A DNA stretch of 31,468 nt from Myxococcota bacterium. GTDB taxonomy: Bacteria; Myxococcota; JACRCW01. A program made the translations under genes and the position numbers. Below are positions 26,927 through 31,468 of this stretch, piece by piece; position 1 is the first letter of the stretch, and each line of letters begins with the position of its first letter. The stretch spans positions 1 through 31,468 of the forward strand of contig JBFMGU010000122.1 of NCBI GenBank assembly GCA_040752415.1, given 5' to 3'. A model generated the notes under the pieces. The model was not told the origin of the DNA, did no database searches, and saw only the letters and a list, made by a program, of their open reading frames with translations.

Positions 26927-27421
26927 ATGGTGCAACGCCATTCACGGGACTTTGGTCCCGGATACGGAGAAGGCCGGTACACCTACCGTGGCGACGGCGG
27001 CGACGACTCGGAACGGCCCGTGGGTGAGCTGGTGGCGGAGGCGGTCCAACAAGGACAGCGCCTGGTCCGGGAGGAAGTCCACCTCGCCAAGATCGAGCTG
27101 CGCAATGAGGTGGAGCGCGTGCGGCAGGTGGGCACGTCCATGGCACTGGGCGGCACGCTGCTGATGGCCTCCGTCTATCTCTTCCTCTTCGGCATCTGCT
27201 TCGCGTTTGGCGCGGTGATTCCACTCTGGCTGAGCGCGTTCATCGTCGGCGCCATCACGGCGGGAGTGGGCTACTTCCTGGTCAAGGGTGGCATCGCCCG
27301 CGCCCGCGCCATGCGCGTCAGCCGTCAGGAAACCGTGGATACCATCAAGGAGAACCTGCCATGGAAGAGCGCGAGCGCGAGGGAGCACGGCACAATATCC
27401 AGGACGCAAGGGAACGCCTGA
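26927..27421 (+). CDS. YqjE/DUF1469 ('phage holin family') membrane protein
   Basis: GGAGG RBS; LVREEVHLAKIELR; two TM helices (PLWLSAFIVG); ETVDTIKEN. Confidence 0.85.
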   Translation: MVQRHSRDFGPGYGEGRYTYRGDGGDDSERPVGELVAEAVQQGQRLVREEVHLAKIELRNEVERVRQVGTSMALGGTLLMASVYLFLFGICFAFGAVIPLWLSAFIVGAITAGVGYFLVKGGIARARAMRVSRQETVDTIKENLPWKSASAREHGTISRTQGNA

Positions 27422-28296
27422 GCGAGATCGCCGGGGAGCTGAGTCGTCGGGCGTCCCCGGAGTACGTCCGCGGCAAGGCCAGGGAGGCCATCGTGAGACA
27501 GAGTTACGTCGTCAAGGATCGCGCGTTGGACAACCCGCTGGTGCTGGGGCTTTTCGGCGGACTGCTGGGCGCGGCGCTGGGCGGCTTCTACCGGAACCGT
27601 CGTCACCGCCATGAGCTGGAGTCCTATGGCCTGGGCGAAGGCTATGGCTACGGCTATCCGCGCTCTCGTCGGGGCGCGGGATACGGCGGCGGCCTGGGGA
27701 CGTCACCGTATGAGACGGGGCGCGTGGGGACCTACCGCGGTGACGTGGGCTACCGCGAGCACGACGTGGGCTACCGCGGTGGCAAAGCGCCCAGCGACAT
27801 TGGCGCGACCGAGCGCGGCATCAAGGCGAAGGTTGGGGAGAAGGCGGAGGAGCTCAAGGAGCGCGCCCAGGAAGCCATCTCCAACGTGGGCTACAAGGCC
27901 AGCGAGATCAAGGAACGCGCCGCGGAGAAGGCCGATGAGCTGCGTGAGCGCACCGGCGTGAAGACGGGCGAGCTGCGCGGCCGGGCCATGGAGATGCGGG
28001 AGAACATCCCGTCCTTCGAGGAGGTCCGGCACCGGGGCAGCGAGTTCATCCACTACCAGATGGAGAACCAGCCGCTGCGCCTGGCACTGGGGGCGCTGGC
28101 CGCGGGCGCCGCGCTGGGTTTCCTCCTTCCCGTGCTGCCCAAGGAGCGGGAGATGGTGGAGCCGCTCCGCAGCCGCGCGCGGGAGCGCTTCCAGAACCTG
28201 GAGCAGAACATCAGCGGCAAGGTGGAGCAGAAGCTGGGCGAGGTGGAGCGCAAGCTGGGCGGTGAGCAGCAGGAGGGGCGTCACGACGTGATGTGA
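27361..28296 (+). CDS. DUF3618-like protein with LEA/apolipoprotein-like helical repeats
   Basis: NIQDARERLSEIAGELSRRASP; NPLVLGLFGG and NQPLRLALGALAAGAALGFLLP segments; KA.E.KERA repeats; overlaps the upstream gene by 61 bp. Confidence 0.8.
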   Translation: MEEREREGARHNIQDARERLSEIAGELSRRASPEYVRGKAREAIVRQSYVVKDRALDNPLVLGLFGGLLGAALGGFYRNRRHRHELESYGLGEGYGYGYPRSRRGAGYGGGLGTSPYETGRVGTYRGDVGYREHDVGYRGGKAPSDIGATERGIKAKVGEKAEELKERAQEAISNVGYKASEIKERAAEKADELRERTGVKTGELRGRAMEMRENIPSFEEVRHRGSEFIHYQMENQPLRLALGALAAGAALGFLLPVLPKEREMVEPLRSRARERFQNLEQNISGKVEQKLGEVERKLGGEQQEGRHDVM

Positions 28297-28411
28297 CCCT
28301 GGCACAGGGAGCTGTGGTCCGTCAGGCCAGTCGGCGTGAGCCTTCCGTCACGTCGGCTGGCTTGTCTTTTTCCACGCAGACAATAGGGTCACGCGCGCTC
28401 CAACGGAGACC

Positions 28412-29793
<1,382 letters not shown>

Positions 29794-29794
<1 letters not shown>

Positions 29795-31359
29795 TGAAGC
29801 GCTTCCTCCTCGTCACCTCGTGCGCGCTCCTGGTTGCCTGCGGCGGCGACAAGGCGCAGAAGAAGTCGACGCCTCCACCCGTCGAGAAACCCGTGGCGCC
29901 GATGCCGGAACCGCCCAAGGCCCCGGAGCCCGTGGTGGTCACGCAAGCCGACCCGAGCTCCCCCGTGGTGGCGGTACGGCTGGTGTTCCGCAGCGGCAGC
30001 GTCGACGATCCGCCGGGTCAGGAAGGCATCACCGCGTTGCTGGCCGGCGTCATGGCGGAAGCCAGCGAGAGCATGGATGCGGCGCAGCTGCGGAGGGAGT
30101 TGTTCCCATTCGCCACGGACGTCGTCTACCACGTGGACGCGGAGGCCACGGTCTTCCGCATGCGTGTGCACCGCGACGTGGCCGCGCGCGCGTTGCCCCT
30201 CCTCTTCGACGTGCTGGCCCACCCCCGCATGGACCCGCGCGACTTCCAGCGGCTCAGGCAGGACGCCATCACCGACATCGAGCATCGACTGCGCGAGGGT
30301 GACGACGAGAGCCTGGGGAAGGCGGCGTTGGCAACGTACCTGTGGCAGGGCCATCCCTACGCGCGCATTCCCGAGGGTACCGTGCAGTCCCTCAAGGCGC
30401 TCACGCTGGACCAGCTCAAGGCGCACCGCACCCGCGTGTTCACGCGCGCGCGATTGGTGGCGGGACTGGGCGGTGGATTCACGCCCGAGGTGGAGACCGT
30501 GTTCCGCGATGGCGTGGCGCGACTGCCGGCGGGCACGTCGTGGGAGTCGCTGCCGTTGCCGGAGCTGCCGCGACTGCAGGGGTTGCAGGTGCACATCATC
30601 CAGAAGGATGCGGAGGCCACTCCCGTCGACATCGGCTTCCGGCATGGGCTGAGCCGTTCCCACCCGGACTTCATTCCGCTGATGGTGGCCACCAGCGCGT
30701 TCGGCGAGCACCGGCAGATGGGCGGGCGGTTGTTCATTCGCATGCGCGAGCTGCGCGGTCTCAACTATGGCGACTACGCGTATCTGGAGCACTTCCTCCA
30801 GGAGGGGTCGGAGACGTTGGCGCTCACGAACATTCCTCGTCGACAACACGCGTTCACGGTGTGGGTGCGGCCAGTGGAGAAGGACGACCGCGTGTTCGCG
30901 GCGCGCCAGGCGCTGAGGGAGCTGCGGAAGCTCGTCGAGCTGGGGCTGACGTCGGAGGAGCTCGAGCGCACGCGAAACTTCCTGAAGGGCTACACGTTGC
31001 TCTGGGAGCAGGGAGTGAACCGCAAGCTGGGGTTGGCCATTGACGACGTCATCAACGGTACCCCGCAGTTCCTGGCCAGCCTGCGCGCGCGGCTGGAGAC
31101 GCTGACGCTGGAGGAGGTCAACGCTGCCATCAAGCGACACCTCCAGGCGGAGGACGCCGTGGTGACCTTCCTGGCCGCGGATGCACAGGAGCTGAAGGCG
31201 TTTCTGCTCAGCGGTGCTCCCAGCCCGCGCCACGACGAGAAAACGCGCATGCTGGATCCCAGGGAGCAGGAGGAGGACCGGGCCATTGCGTCGTATGACC
31301 TCAAGCTGACGCCGGAGCGGGTGCGCATCATCCCGGTCTCGGAGCTGTTCGAGCGGTAG
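29794..31359 (+). CDS. M16 peptidase non-catalytic partner subunit, lipoprotein
   Basis: TGATG overlap with the upstream gene; lipobox LVAC; GSVDDPPGQEGITAL without HxxEH; RLFIRMRELRGLNYG (R/Y motif). Confidence 0.9.
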
Positions 31360-31468
31360 CTCGCGATTAGCGCCAAGCCCCAGGGGCGCGAAGCTTTGGG
31401 AGTGCGTGTGCAAGCGCCCGTGCTGTGACCCGGTAGAGCGGGGGCGCGCAGCACCGCTTTGAACTCGG

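Noticed and set aside
26927..27421. Prophage lysis cassette (holin-family gene plus GH25 lysozyme)
   Set aside because: The genes are ~15 kb apart, no phage genes are present, and the holin-like gene sits in a typical cellular operon.

Overview
High-GC bacterial chromosomal segment (strong G/C bias at third codon positions). The Cys-rich 'CGNG..D.GEECD' repeats, Ser-rich lipoproteins and gene mix point to Myxococcota or a related deltaproteobacterium (inference). About 20 real CDS are present: a B12-binding radical SAM protein fused to a radical-SAM-linked domain; a 1309-aa Ser/Thr-rich repeat lipoprotein with C-type lectin and lamin-tail domains; a TMTC-like GT-C glycosyltransferase with TPRs; a D-2-hydroxyacid dehydrogenase; a GH25 lysozyme lipoprotein; two AraC regulators; a zinc-ribbon membrane protein; a secreted caspase-FGE fusion; a VOC protein; a CsgG/TolB-N-like protein plus a second Ser-rich beta-helix lipoprotein; a PilJ/NarX-sensor chemoreceptor; a lipoprotein plus pentaheme cytochrome c pair; a three-gene DUF883/holin-like/DUF3618 operon; and an M16 peptidase pair. 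I found no convincing rRNA, tRNA, CRISPR array, transposase or integrase. The best leads are a possible TMTC-type protein O-glycosylation system acting on neighbouring Ser/Thr-rich surface proteins, a protist/nematode-type lysozyme, an uncharacterised lipoprotein-pentaheme cytochrome module, and a tRNA T-arm-like hairpin abutting the radical SAM ribosome-binding site. All family calls come from reading motifs by eye; no searches were run.
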